Below are positions 1 to 8,139 of a stretch of DNA of 64,000 bases, piece by piece. The DNA comes from Bacilli bacterium (GTDB lineage: Bacteria > Bacillota_I > Bacilli_A > RF39 > UBA660). The position numbers were made by a program, and so were the translations under genes. Location: the NCBI GenBank assembly GCA_017484125.1, contig JAFUTV010000011.1:14681-78680 (forward strand), written 5' to 3'. Position 1 is the first letter of the stretch; the number at the start of each line of letters is the position of its first letter. Under the pieces are notes generated by a model, which ran no database searches, had not been told where the DNA came from, and saw nothing but the letters and a program-made list of their open reading frames with translations.

Positions 1-1133
1 TTAAAGCTATAGTTAACCTATATATCATTTTACATAATTTATCACCTAGAGAAATAATTAATGATATAGCATTACTAGCACCAACAGGAAGAGCCGCAAA
101 AAAACTAGCTGAATCAACAGGACTTCCCGCATCAACAATTCATAGATTTTTAAAATGGAATAAAGAAAGTAATGATTTTCAAGTTAATGAATTTAATCCT
201 AATAATCAAAAACTAATAATAGTAGATGAAACATCAATGATAGATACAAATTTATTTGCATCTCTTTTAAGGGGATTAAATAAAAATATTCAATTAATTT
301 TAGTTGGAGATGCTAATCAACTTCCTTCAGTTGGACCAGGTATGGTTTTAAATGATTTAATTGCTTCTCAAATGTTTACTTATTCTCCACTTTATGAAAT
401 ATATCGTCAAAGTATTAATTCATACATTCCAATACTTGCTAGTGAAATAAAAAATAAAGAATTATCTGATAATTTTCAAACAAAAAAAGATGATTATAAT
501 TTTTTAGAAACTCCATCATATAATATAAAAGAAACTTTAAAACAAATTTGTGAAATGTCTATTTCTAAAAACTTATCTGAAAAAGATATTCAAGTCCTTG
601 CTCCAATGTATAAAGGTGAAAATGGAATAGATAATATTAATGTTGTATTACAAAGTTTATTTAATCCTAAAAGTGATGATAAAAAAGAAATAAAGATTGG
701 TGAAGTTATTTATAGAGAACACGATAAAGTTTTACAACTTGTTAATGATCCAGATAATTTAGTATTTAATGGTGATATTGGATATATTAAATCTATCATA
801 TCTATTACTCATCCAAGAAAAAGTGAAGTATTTCTAATCGATTTTGATGGTAATACTGTTGAATACAAAAAAGAAGATATGTATAACGTTAAACATGCAT
901 ATGCCATTTCTATTCATAAATCTCAGGGTAGTGAGTTTCCTCATGTCATAATTCCTATTTGTAAAAATTATTATAAAATGCTATATAATAAATTAATTTA
1001 TACTGGAGTATCTCGTGCTAAAAAATCATTGGTAATTATTGGAGATTCAACTTCTTTTAAAATGGCCGTATATAATGATTACCAAGAATTTAGAAAAACA
1101 AATCTATTAGATAAAATATTACATAATATTTAA
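1..1133 (+). CDS. recD2: RecD2-type SF1 DNA helicase, C-terminal part (5' end lies upstream of the window)
   Basis: The frame starting at nt 3 is open up to the listed ORF. Motifs LAPTGRAAKKL, IIVDETSM (motif II), LILVGDANQLPSVGPG (motif III), AISIHKSQGSEF and YTGVSRAKK (motifs V/VI) are the RecD/TraA-like helicase signature. Confidence 0.85.
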   Translation, partial: KAIVNLYIILHNLSPREIINDIALLAPTGRAAKKLAESTGLPASTIHRFLKWNKESNDFQVNEFNPNNQKLIIVDETSMIDTNLFASLLRGLNKNIQLILVGDANQLPSVGPGMVLNDLIASQMFTYSPLYEIYRQSINSYIPILASEIKNKELSDNFQTKKDDYNFLETPSYNIKETLKQICEMSISKNLSEKDIQVLAPMYKGENGIDNINVVLQSLFNPKSDDKKEIKIGEVIYREHDKVLQLVNDPDNLVFNGDIGYIKSIISITHPRKSEVFLIDFDGNTVEYKKEDMYNVKHAYAISIHKSQGSEFPHVIIPICKNYYKMLYNKLIYTGVSRAKKSLVIIGDSTSFKMAVYNDYQEFRKTNLLDKILHNI

Positions 1134-1167
1134 AATAATGTTCATAATACTTTTAGAGGTGAAATTT

Positions 1168-1308
1168 ATGAAAAAAGCAATGCTTATGTTAGGAATGGTT
1201 GGAGGTTCAGCATTAACTTTTATGGTAATGAACAAAAATGTTCGTGATATGATGCAAAAAAAGATGAATTGTGCATTTGATAGCGCTAATAAAATGTTTG
1301 ATAATTAA
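1168..1308 (+). CDS. Small hypothetical protein, 46 aa (MKKAMLMLGMVGGSALTFMVMNKNVRDMMQKKMNCAFDSANKMFDN)
   Basis: Not in the ORF track because it is under 60 aa. GAGGTG Shine-Dalgarno lies about 7 nt before ATG 1168, there is a hydrophobic N-terminus, and a clean terminator hairpin follows immediately. Confidence 0.4.
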   Translation: MKKAMLMLGMVGGSALTFMVMNKNVRDMMQKKMNCAFDSANKMFDN

Positions 1309-1310
1309 AA

Positions 1311-1336
1311 ATAATCACTAAAAAGTGATTATTTTT
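1311..1336 (+). terminator. Rho-independent terminator
   Basis: ATAATCACT / AGTGATTAT 9-bp stem with a 4-nt loop, followed by a T run. Confidence 0.6.
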
Positions 1337-1445
1337 AATTATTTAGGAATAACTATGTAATGTCAACTTGTCACTTATTATTATTTTTTAATTCTTAATT
1401 TAACAAACATTTAGTATAATAATATTTAGAAAGAGGGAATAATGT

Positions 1446-1844
1446 ATGGATAAAAAATTAAGCACAGTATTAGGTTTTATTGGGGGAATTGCTATTGGTG
1501 TTGCAGTCGGCGTTTTATTTGCACCAAAATCAGGAAAAGAAACTAGAAAAGATATTACAAATAGTGCAAAAAATGCTGTAAAAAAGGTAAAATTGATAAA
1601 AAATGATGTAGAAAAAAATATTTCAAAAAAAATTGATGAAATTGAAAAAAACATAAAAGAATTATCTTCTGAAAAAAATTTAAAAAATGCTAAAAAGAAA
1701 GCAAAAAAAATAAAAGATGAAATAACATATGTAATAGAAAAAGTAAAAGATAATGCTGATGATAAATTTGAAGATGTAATTGAAAACTTAAAAGTAAAAT
1801 ATAATAAAACTTCAAAAAAGGTATTAGAAAAATTAGAAGGGTAA
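1446..1844 (+). CDS. YtxH domain-containing general stress-type protein
   Basis: N-terminal TM plus LFAPKSGKETRKD motif, then a Lys/Glu-rich helical tail, which is typical of the YtxH family. Confidence 0.7.
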   Translation: MDKKLSTVLGFIGGIAIGVAVGVLFAPKSGKETRKDITNSAKNAVKKVKLIKNDVEKNISKKIDEIEKNIKELSSEKNLKNAKKKAKKIKDEITYVIEKVKDNADDKFEDVIENLKVKYNKTSKKVLEKLEG

Positions 1845-1859
1845 TTCTTTCTTTTTTTA

Positions 1860-1888
1860 TTGCAAAATATAGTGTTTTAGTATATAAT
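1860..1888 (+). promoter_or_regulatory. Sigma-A type promoter of the glyQS leader
   Basis: TTGCAA (1860-1865), a 17-nt spacer, then TATAAT (1883-1888). Confidence 0.6.
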
Positions 1889-1894
1889 TTAGTC

Positions 1895-2030
1895 ATACAA
1901 ACGAAGACGGACCCTGGAAAGTCTATCAGTTATATAATAATTAAGGTGATTCTAATAAGAATAATTAGGGTGGAACCGCGGTTATATATAATCGTCCCTA
2001 AATATTATTAGAATTATTTTTTATTTTATG
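1895..2030 (+). promoter_or_regulatory. T-box riboswitch leader (glycine-type by context)
   Basis: Canonical T-box sequence AATTAGGGTGGAACCGCGG at 1964-1982. The upstream strand TCTAATAAGAATAATTAGGG can pair with CCCTAAATATTATTAGA (about 1995-2012), followed by a T run, giving a terminator/antiterminator alternative. It lies directly upstream of glyQS. Confidence 0.8.
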
Positions 2031-2044
2031 AAAGGGTGATAATA

Positions 2045-3409
2045 ATGGAAAAATCAATGGAAACTTTGGTTAATTATTCAAAACAATATGGTTTTATATT
2101 TCAAGGTAGCGAAATATATGGAGGACTTGCAAATACTTGGGACTATGGTCCTTTAGGTTCAAGATTAAAAAATAATATAAAAGATGCATGGAGAAAAAGA
2201 TTCATTCAAGAAAGAATAAATGCTTATGAACTTGATGCCGATATACTAATGCATCCAAGGGTGTGGGAAGCATCAGGACATGTTCAATCATTTTCTGATC
2301 CATTAGTTGATTGTAAACATTGTAAGACAAGACATAGAGCTGATAATCTTATTAATGATTATGATGAAAATGCACATGCTGATGGTATGAGTCAAGAAGA
2401 AATGATTAACTATATTAAAGATAATAAAGTGCCATGTCCAAAGTGCGGAAAGAGTGATTTCACAGATATAAGACAATTTAATTTAATGTTTCAAACTTAT
2501 CGTGGAGTAACTAATGATTCTAAAAATATAGTTTATTTAAGACCAGAAAATGCTCAAGGTGAGTATGTTAATTTCTTAAATGTTTTAAGAACTCAAAGAT
2601 GTAAATTACCATTTTCTATAGGACAAATTGGTAAGGCATTCAGAAATGAAATAACTCCAGGAAATTTTACATTTAGAACTATTGAATTTGAACAAATGGA
2701 ATATCAAACATTTTGTAAGAATGGAGATGATTCTAAGTTATATGATTATTTCAAAGAATATGGTAAAAAATTCTTTATGGATTTAGGTTTACCAGAAGAT
2801 AAATTAAGATATCATGATCATGAAAAACTAGCTCACTATGCTAAAGCTGCATGTGATATTGAATATTTATTTCCATTTGGTTGGGGTGAAATAAACGGAA
2901 CTCATAATCGTACTGATTTTGATCTTTCTCGTCATCAAGAGTATTCTAATACTCCACAAACTTATTTAGATCCTGAAACGAATGAAAAATTTATTCCATA
3001 CATAATTGAATCCACATATGGACTTGATAGAACAGTATTAGCAATTTTATCTGAAAGTTTAATTAGTGAAGAACTTGAAAATGAAGAAAGGTTAGTTTTA
3101 AAATTAAAACCATTTCTTGCACCATATAAAGTTGGTATAATGCCATTAGCTAAAAAGTATCATTCAGAAAAAGCATTAGAAATATATGAAAAATTATCAA
3201 AGTATTTTATGTGCACTTATGATGATTCAGGAAGTATTGGTAAAAGATATAGAAGATGTGATGCAATTGGAACACCATGGTGTATTACAATTGATGATGA
3301 AACAATAAATAATAATACAGTTACATTAAGAGATAGAGATACTATGAAACAAATTACTTTATCTGTTGATGAAATAGTAGATTATATTAATGAAAGAATT
3401 AAATTTTAA
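2045..3409 (+). CDS. glyQS: Glycine--tRNA ligase, single-chain class II (alpha2 type)
   Basis: YGFIFQGSEIYGGLANTWDYGPLG, FRNEITPGNFTFRTIEFEQME and the anticodon-binding C-terminus are present. ATG 2045 is preferred over GTG 2036 because AAGGGTGA sits just upstream. Confidence 0.95.
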   Translation: MEKSMETLVNYSKQYGFIFQGSEIYGGLANTWDYGPLGSRLKNNIKDAWRKRFIQERINAYELDADILMHPRVWEASGHVQSFSDPLVDCKHCKTRHRADNLINDYDENAHADGMSQEEMINYIKDNKVPCPKCGKSDFTDIRQFNLMFQTYRGVTNDSKNIVYLRPENAQGEYVNFLNVLRTQRCKLPFSIGQIGKAFRNEITPGNFTFRTIEFEQMEYQTFCKNGDDSKLYDYFKEYGKKFFMDLGLPEDKLRYHDHEKLAHYAKAACDIEYLFPFGWGEINGTHNRTDFDLSRHQEYSNTPQTYLDPETNEKFIPYIIESTYGLDRTVLAILSESLISEELENEERLVLKLKPFLAPYKVGIMPLAKKYHSEKALEIYEKLSKYFMCTYDDSGSIGKRYRRCDAIGTPWCITIDDETINNNTVTLRDRDTMKQITLSVDEIVDYINERIKF

Positions 3410-3490
3410 TATAATAAACTAAAGAAAACATTTGAATTTTGAGGAAAATATGATAAAATACCTATGTAAGAAAAAGGAGGCATGAAAGAT

Positions 3491-3655
3491 ATGGCAAAAA
3501 AGGATGATAGAAGTTACGTAACAATTAAATGTAGTGAATGTAAAAAATTTACTTATACTACACCTAAAAATAAAAAGAATACAACTGAAAAATTAGAAAT
3601 CAAAAAGGCTTGTCCTGTTTGTGGTAAACATACAGTATTTAAAGAATCTAAATAG
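3491..3655 (+). CDS. rpmG: 50S ribosomal protein L33 (zinc-ribbon C+ form)
   Basis: Not in the ORF track. Product [54 protein letters not shown] has CxxC...CxxC, and AAGGAGG lies upstream. Confidence 0.85.
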   Translation: MAKKDDRSYVTIKCSECKKFTYTTPKNKKNTTEKLEIKKACPVCGKHTVFKESK

Positions 3656-3677
3656 TTTTGAAAGGGGAGTTTAATTT

Positions 3678-4238
3678 ATGTTCGTAAATATTAATGATGT
3701 AAAAAATGGTATGACAGTAATAATTGATGGAAAGTTATGCCAAATTCAAGATTTTCAACATGTAAAGCCTGGTAAGGGTGCTGCAATCGTTAAATTAAAA
3801 TTAAGAAATTTAAAAACTGGTGCTATTACTGTTGAATCTTATAATTCTACTATAAAAGTAGAAAAAGCACATATAGATAAGAAACCTATGACATATCTAT
3901 ATAAAGATGGAACAAATTATATTTTTATGGATAGTGAAACATATGAGCAAGTATCTGTTCCAGAAGTACAAGTTGAGGAAGAAAAGAAATTCTTAAAAGA
4001 AAATTTAGAAATTAAAATAAATTTCTATAATGGTGAAATAATTGGTTTAGATTTACCTGAAAAAATCGAATTTGAAATAATTGATACTACTGAAGCAGTA
4101 AAGGGAAATACAACAAATAATGCCCAAAAAGATGCAACAATCGAAACTGGCTATGTAGTTAAAGTTCCACTATTTATTAATCAAGGAGAACATATAATTA
4201 TTTCAACTATTGATGGTAAGTATTCATCAAGAGCTTAA
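3678..4238 (+). CDS. efp: Elongation factor P
   Basis: Contains the FQHVKPGKGAAIVKLKLRNLKTG loop with the modified Lys. The length of 186 aa fits. Confidence 0.95.
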   Translation: MFVNINDVKNGMTVIIDGKLCQIQDFQHVKPGKGAAIVKLKLRNLKTGAITVESYNSTIKVEKAHIDKKPMTYLYKDGTNYIFMDSETYEQVSVPEVQVEEEKKFLKENLEIKINFYNGEIIGLDLPEKIEFEIIDTTEAVKGNTTNNAQKDATIETGYVVKVPLFINQGEHIIISTIDGKYSSRA

Positions 4239-4264
4239 GTTGGTTTTTTAACCAACTTTTTTTA
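4237..4264 (+). terminator. Rho-independent terminator after efp
   Basis: AAGTTGGTT / AACCAACTT stem followed by a T run. Confidence 0.7.
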
Positions 4265-4316
4265 TTGAAAATAATATTAAAAAGGATTATAATTAATAAC
4301 AATAGGAGAGTATGTT

Positions 4317-6347
4317 ATGAAAAGGATATATGCATATTGTTGTTTAGCTTTTTTGTTGTTTTTTTTAGTGCCTATTATTGGACTTGCTGAGAGTTCTTCA
4401 ATATTAGATAATAAATTAGTTGAAAACATAAATAATGGTGATTATTCTAAAGCAAGAGTAACAGAGGGATTTATTACCAATATTCATGCTGAAATTAAAG
4501 ATTCAACCACATCATCAAGTGAGTGTACAATAAATTGTTTAGATAGTAAAATGATTGAATTTTCATTCATATATAAAGAACAAACATATACTTATAATAT
4601 ACTTAAATATATGACAAATCAAACAGATGATATTCTTTCATTTTATGAGGTTAATGCTGGAAACTCCAGGGTTTTAATGAATAGAGCTGTTCTTGAAATA
4701 GTATTAAGTGCATTTGTTGAAACAAGTGATTATTATTCTAGATTAAAGCCATATCTTCCTAGTTTGAATACTGTTCTTCATCCAGCAGATATTGAAACTC
4801 CAATTTGTAATAGAACAGGTGCTGGTATTTGTGCTACTACTAGTAATACATCAATTAATTTAAAAATGTTTTCAAATGATTTATATTGCAAATATTTAAT
4901 AGCATATTATGATGCAAATAATAATGGCGATTATGAGGATTTAATAGATAAAGCAATTAATGGAAATTATACAGCAAGTATAATGGATAAATATGTTGTT
5001 GATGATAATTATACTTTATTCATAGATTTAAGAAATCATTTTGATGGAAATAATGTATTAAGTGACTCTATAAAAAAAGAAGAAAAAAATCCTTTAGAAC
5101 TTGTAATAAAGTATAAAGATGTATTGTATTACTATTCATTAAGTATACCTGATGGTGAAAATGATTCATTAGTGTTTGAACAAAGCCTAAATGGAAAAAC
5201 AGCTGATGAACAGTTTATTATTTCACTTATCCCTGAATTAATGGTTAATTGGATAAGTGAATCTTCAAATAATTTTGATGAACTATCAAATAATTATTTG
5301 GAGCCAAAGTCGTTAGTTAGTTCTTATATAAAAAATAATGATAGTGATCTATGTGATTATGAAAATGCTGGTGTATGTATAACAAGAAATGACGAAAAAG
5401 TATTAGTTAAAGTAAAAACTGACTCAACTTATGTAACATATGCTATAAATTATTATAAATCATTAGAAGATAATTCAAATGACAATGAAGAAGAAACAAC
5501 AGATGATGAAATACCTGATGAAACAAAAGAAAAGCTATTAGATATGCTTGAATTGACAAAAAATGGATATAAAAGAGATGATAATTTAGTTGATGATTAT
5601 GAATTGCCTAAAGAATATGATTATATAGACTTTAATTTTTATAGTATGCAAAGTTTATTTTTGAATTTTCAAGACAATGAAAAAATAGAAATTAATTCTA
5701 TGTCTAATGATGATATAAAAAGATTAATATTTATTTATGCATTAAAACATGGAATGATGTTGATTGATAAAGTAAGTGGTGATGACTACCAATATTGTAG
5801 TAATGGTGATGATTACTGTGATGCACTTAGTATAGAAGACTATAAAAAGATTGCATCTAAATACGGACTAGATGAAGATGGTAGTAATTATTTTGAAGAA
5901 AAAGAACAATATAATAATTATTACTTATATGATTACGGAGGAACAGTCATAAACATTGCAAAAATTGAGGATAGTGTTTTATTTACAAAAGATGGAGATA
6001 ATATTATTGTTACATACAATATAAAAACTGAATTTGTAGCTGATGCTAGCTATAGCAAGAATAATTTTAATAAGAAAGCAGAGTATACATTTAGGTTAAA
6101 TGATGATAAAGAATATTATCTATATTCATTTACTATTACTAATAATGAAGAAAATAATTCTAATGAATCAAATGGTACTAGTGATGATGACAATAATGGT
6201 AGTGAAAATAATAATGAAAGTGAAAAAAAATATCAAAATCCAGAAACAGGTAGTTTTTTAAATATTGCTGTGTGTATAGTTGTTTCAATTGCAATGTTAT
6301 TAGTTGGATATATTATAAAAAAGCATTCAAAATTCTATCGCATATAA
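4317..6347 (+). CDS. Large secreted surface protein with an internal duplication and a C-terminal sorting-signal-like anchor (NPETG + TM + KKHSKFYR)
   Basis: Signal peptide MKRIYAYCCLAFLLFFLVPIIGLAES. Two related modules end in CNRTGAGICATTSNTSINLKMFSNDLYCKYLIAYYD and CDYENAGVCITRNDEKVLVKVKTDSTYVTYAINYYK. An acidic Asn/Asp/Ser-rich linker follows, then NPETG at nt 6237-6251, a hydrophobic stretch and a basic tail. I recognise no family. Confidence 0.6.
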   Translation: MKRIYAYCCLAFLLFFLVPIIGLAESSSILDNKLVENINNGDYSKARVTEGFITNIHAEIKDSTTSSSECTINCLDSKMIEFSFIYKEQTYTYNILKYMTNQTDDILSFYEVNAGNSRVLMNRAVLEIVLSAFVETSDYYSRLKPYLPSLNTVLHPADIETPICNRTGAGICATTSNTSINLKMFSNDLYCKYLIAYYDANNNGDYEDLIDKAINGNYTASIMDKYVVDDNYTLFIDLRNHFDGNNVLSDSIKKEEKNPLELVIKYKDVLYYYSLSIPDGENDSLVFEQSLNGKTADEQFIISLIPELMVNWISESSNNFDELSNNYLEPKSLVSSYIKNNDSDLCDYENAGVCITRNDEKVLVKVKTDSTYVTYAINYYKSLEDNSNDNEEETTDDEIPDETKEKLLDMLELTKNGYKRDDNLVDDYELPKEYDYIDFNFYSMQSLFLNFQDNEKIEINSMSNDDIKRLIFIYALKHGMMLIDKVSGDDYQYCSNGDDYCDALSIEDYKKIASKYGLDEDGSNYFEEKEQYNNYYLYDYGGTVINIAKIEDSVLFTKDGDNIIVTYNIKTEFVADASYSKNNFNKKAEYTFRLNDDKEYYLYSFTITNNEENNSNESNGTSDDDNNGSENNNESEKKYQNPETGSFLNIAVCIVVSIAMLLVGYIIKKHSKFYRI

Positions 6348-6366
6348 TTAATTGTAAAATAAATGT

Positions 6367-6396
6367 AAAACTTAAGTGAAATCTTAAGTTTTTTTT
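6367..6396 (+). terminator. Rho-independent terminator
   Basis: AAAACTTAAG / CTTAAGTTTT 10-bp stem followed by a T run. Confidence 0.7.
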
Positions 6397-6440
6397 ATGT
6401 TTGTTTACCAAAATAATAATATTTATGTTATTATTATATT

Positions 6441-6472
6441 GTACAAGTGGTACAAAGTGGAAGAAAGTGGGG
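6441..6472 (+). promoter_or_regulatory. Putative MraZ operator: three direct GTGG repeats with 10-bp spacing
   Basis: gtacaaGTGGtacaaaGTGGaagaaaGTGGgg, with GTGG at 6447, 6457 and 6467, immediately upstream of the mraZ start. Confidence 0.6.
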
Positions 6473-6479
6473 AATAACT

Positions 6480-6914
6480 ATGTTCATGGGTGAATATTGT
6501 CATAACTTAGATGATAAATCAAGAATAGTTGTTCCAGCAAACTTTAGATTTGAATTGGGCGATAAATTTATTATTGCCAAAGGAATTGAAAAGTGTTTAT
6601 ACATTTATTCTAAAAATGAATGGGAAAGTATTGTTTCAAAATTTAATTCTCTTCCATTTACAAGAAAAGATGTTAGAACTTTTATGAGAGTGTTCTTTGC
6701 AGGAGCTAATAATTTAGAAATGGACAAATCTGGTCGAGTTGTTATTGCTTCTAATTTAAAAGAATATGCAAATATAAAAAAAGAATGCGTCATAATAGGT
6801 GCTAATGATCGTATTGAAGTTTGGGCAAAAGATGAGTGGGAAAACTTTGTTAATACTTATCAAGATAAGATTAGTGATATAGCTGAAAACTTATTTGAGG
6901 ATGTATCAGTATGA
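6480..6914 (+). CDS. mraZ: Transcriptional regulator MraZ
   Basis: MFMGEYCHNLDDKSRIVVPANFR plus a second SpoVT/AbrB-like half (LEMDKSGRVVIASNLKEY). Start moved to ATG 6480, since the track's GTG 6447 lies inside the operator repeats. The TGA stop overlaps the rsmH ATG. Confidence 0.9.
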   Translation: MFMGEYCHNLDDKSRIVVPANFRFELGDKFIIAKGIEKCLYIYSKNEWESIVSKFNSLPFTRKDVRTFMRVFFAGANNLEMDKSGRVVIASNLKEYANIKKECVIIGANDRIEVWAKDEWENFVNTYQDKISDIAENLFEDVSV

Positions 6915-7825
6915 AACATTATAGTGTATTAAAAAAAGAAAGTATTGAAGGCCTTAATTTAAAAGAAAATTCTATTGTTGTTGATGCAACACTAGGGTAT
7001 GGTGGCCATTCTAAAGAAATTTTAAAAAGTATTCCTAAAGGTCATTTATATGCTTTTGATCAAGATATTAATGCTATTAATTATTCCAAGGAATTATTAA
7101 GTGAAGTATCTTCCAACTTTACTTTAATTCATTCTAATTTTGTTAATTTAAAAGAAAAATTAAATGAAATAGGTATTAATAATTTCGATGCTATAATCTT
7201 TGATTTAGGTTTATCTAGTCCCCAAATAGATGAAGCAAGTCGTGGATTTAGTTTTCAAAGTAATGCTAAACTTGATATGCGAATGAATCAAGACGAAAGA
7301 TTATCAGCTCATGAAGTTGTTAATAATTATTCTCTTGAAAATTTGATTGATATATTTTATTTATATGGTGAAGAAAAACTAAGTAAGTCTATTGCTAAAA
7401 AAATAGTAGATGAAAGACCTATTAATACTACTTTAGAATTAGTTGAGGTTATTAAAAATGCTGTAGGATTAAAGTATTTTAATTTACATCACCCAGAAAG
7501 AAAAATATTTCAAGCCATAAGAATTGAAGTAAATCATGAATTGGATGTATTAAAAAAAGTAATACCAGATGCAATAAATATGCTAAATGCAGGTGGAAGA
7601 ATGAGTGTTATTACTTTTCATTCACTTGAGGATAAAATAGTTAAAAAGATTTTTAAAGATATGAGTGAAATTAACGAATTGGTTAAAGGACTTCCAGAAA
7701 TTCCAGAAGAATATAAACCAAAGATTAAATTGATAAATAAAAAGGTTATTTTACCTAGTCAAGAAGAATTAAAAAATAATTCACGTAGTAAAAGTGCAAA
7801 GTTAAGAATAATAGAGAGGATTTGA
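6911..7825 (+). CDS. rsmH: 16S rRNA (cytosine1402-N4)-methyltransferase
   Basis: HYSVLKKE, VDATLGYGGHS, FDLGLSSPQID and ITFHSLEDKIVK motifs are present. Confidence 0.95.
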   Translation: MKHYSVLKKESIEGLNLKENSIVVDATLGYGGHSKEILKSIPKGHLYAFDQDINAINYSKELLSEVSSNFTLIHSNFVNLKEKLNEIGINNFDAIIFDLGLSSPQIDEASRGFSFQSNAKLDMRMNQDERLSAHEVVNNYSLENLIDIFYLYGEEKLSKSIAKKIVDERPINTTLELVEVIKNAVGLKYFNLHHPERKIFQAIRIEVNHELDVLKKVIPDAINMLNAGGRMSVITFHSLEDKIVKKIFKDMSEINELVKGLPEIPEEYKPKIKLINKKVILPSQEELKNNSRSKSAKLRIIERI

Positions 7826-7830
7826 AAAAT

Positions 7831-8127
7831 ATGACTACTAAAAAAGTAAAAAGAAGAAAATTAAAGGGAGAAAAATTTGTAATTATTGCAATATTTATGT
7901 TAATAGTTGCAACACCTCTTTTGAATGTTTATACTCAAACTAAACTTTCAGAATCAAATATTGAGGTAGAAAAATTAAAACAAAATATTGAATATCAAAG
8001 TAGTATTAATGAATCCTTAAATATGAAAATAAATGAATTAGCTTCTTTAGATAAAATAAGAGAAGTTGCATCTGAAGAAGGATTATCTTATAATAATGAT
8101 AATATAAAAGTTATAGAAAAAAATTAG
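7831..8127 (+). CDS. ftsL: Cell division protein FtsL
   Basis: Small bitopic protein with a basic N-terminus, one TM and a coiled coil, in the conserved position between rsmH and pbpB. ATG 7831 is preferred over TTG 7822. Confidence 0.7.
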   Translation: MTTKKVKRRKLKGEKFVIIAIFMLIVATPLLNVYTQTKLSESNIEVEKLKQNIEYQSSINESLNMKINELASLDKIREVASEEGLSYNNDNIKVIEKN

Positions 8128-8139
8128 AGGTGAATAAAA

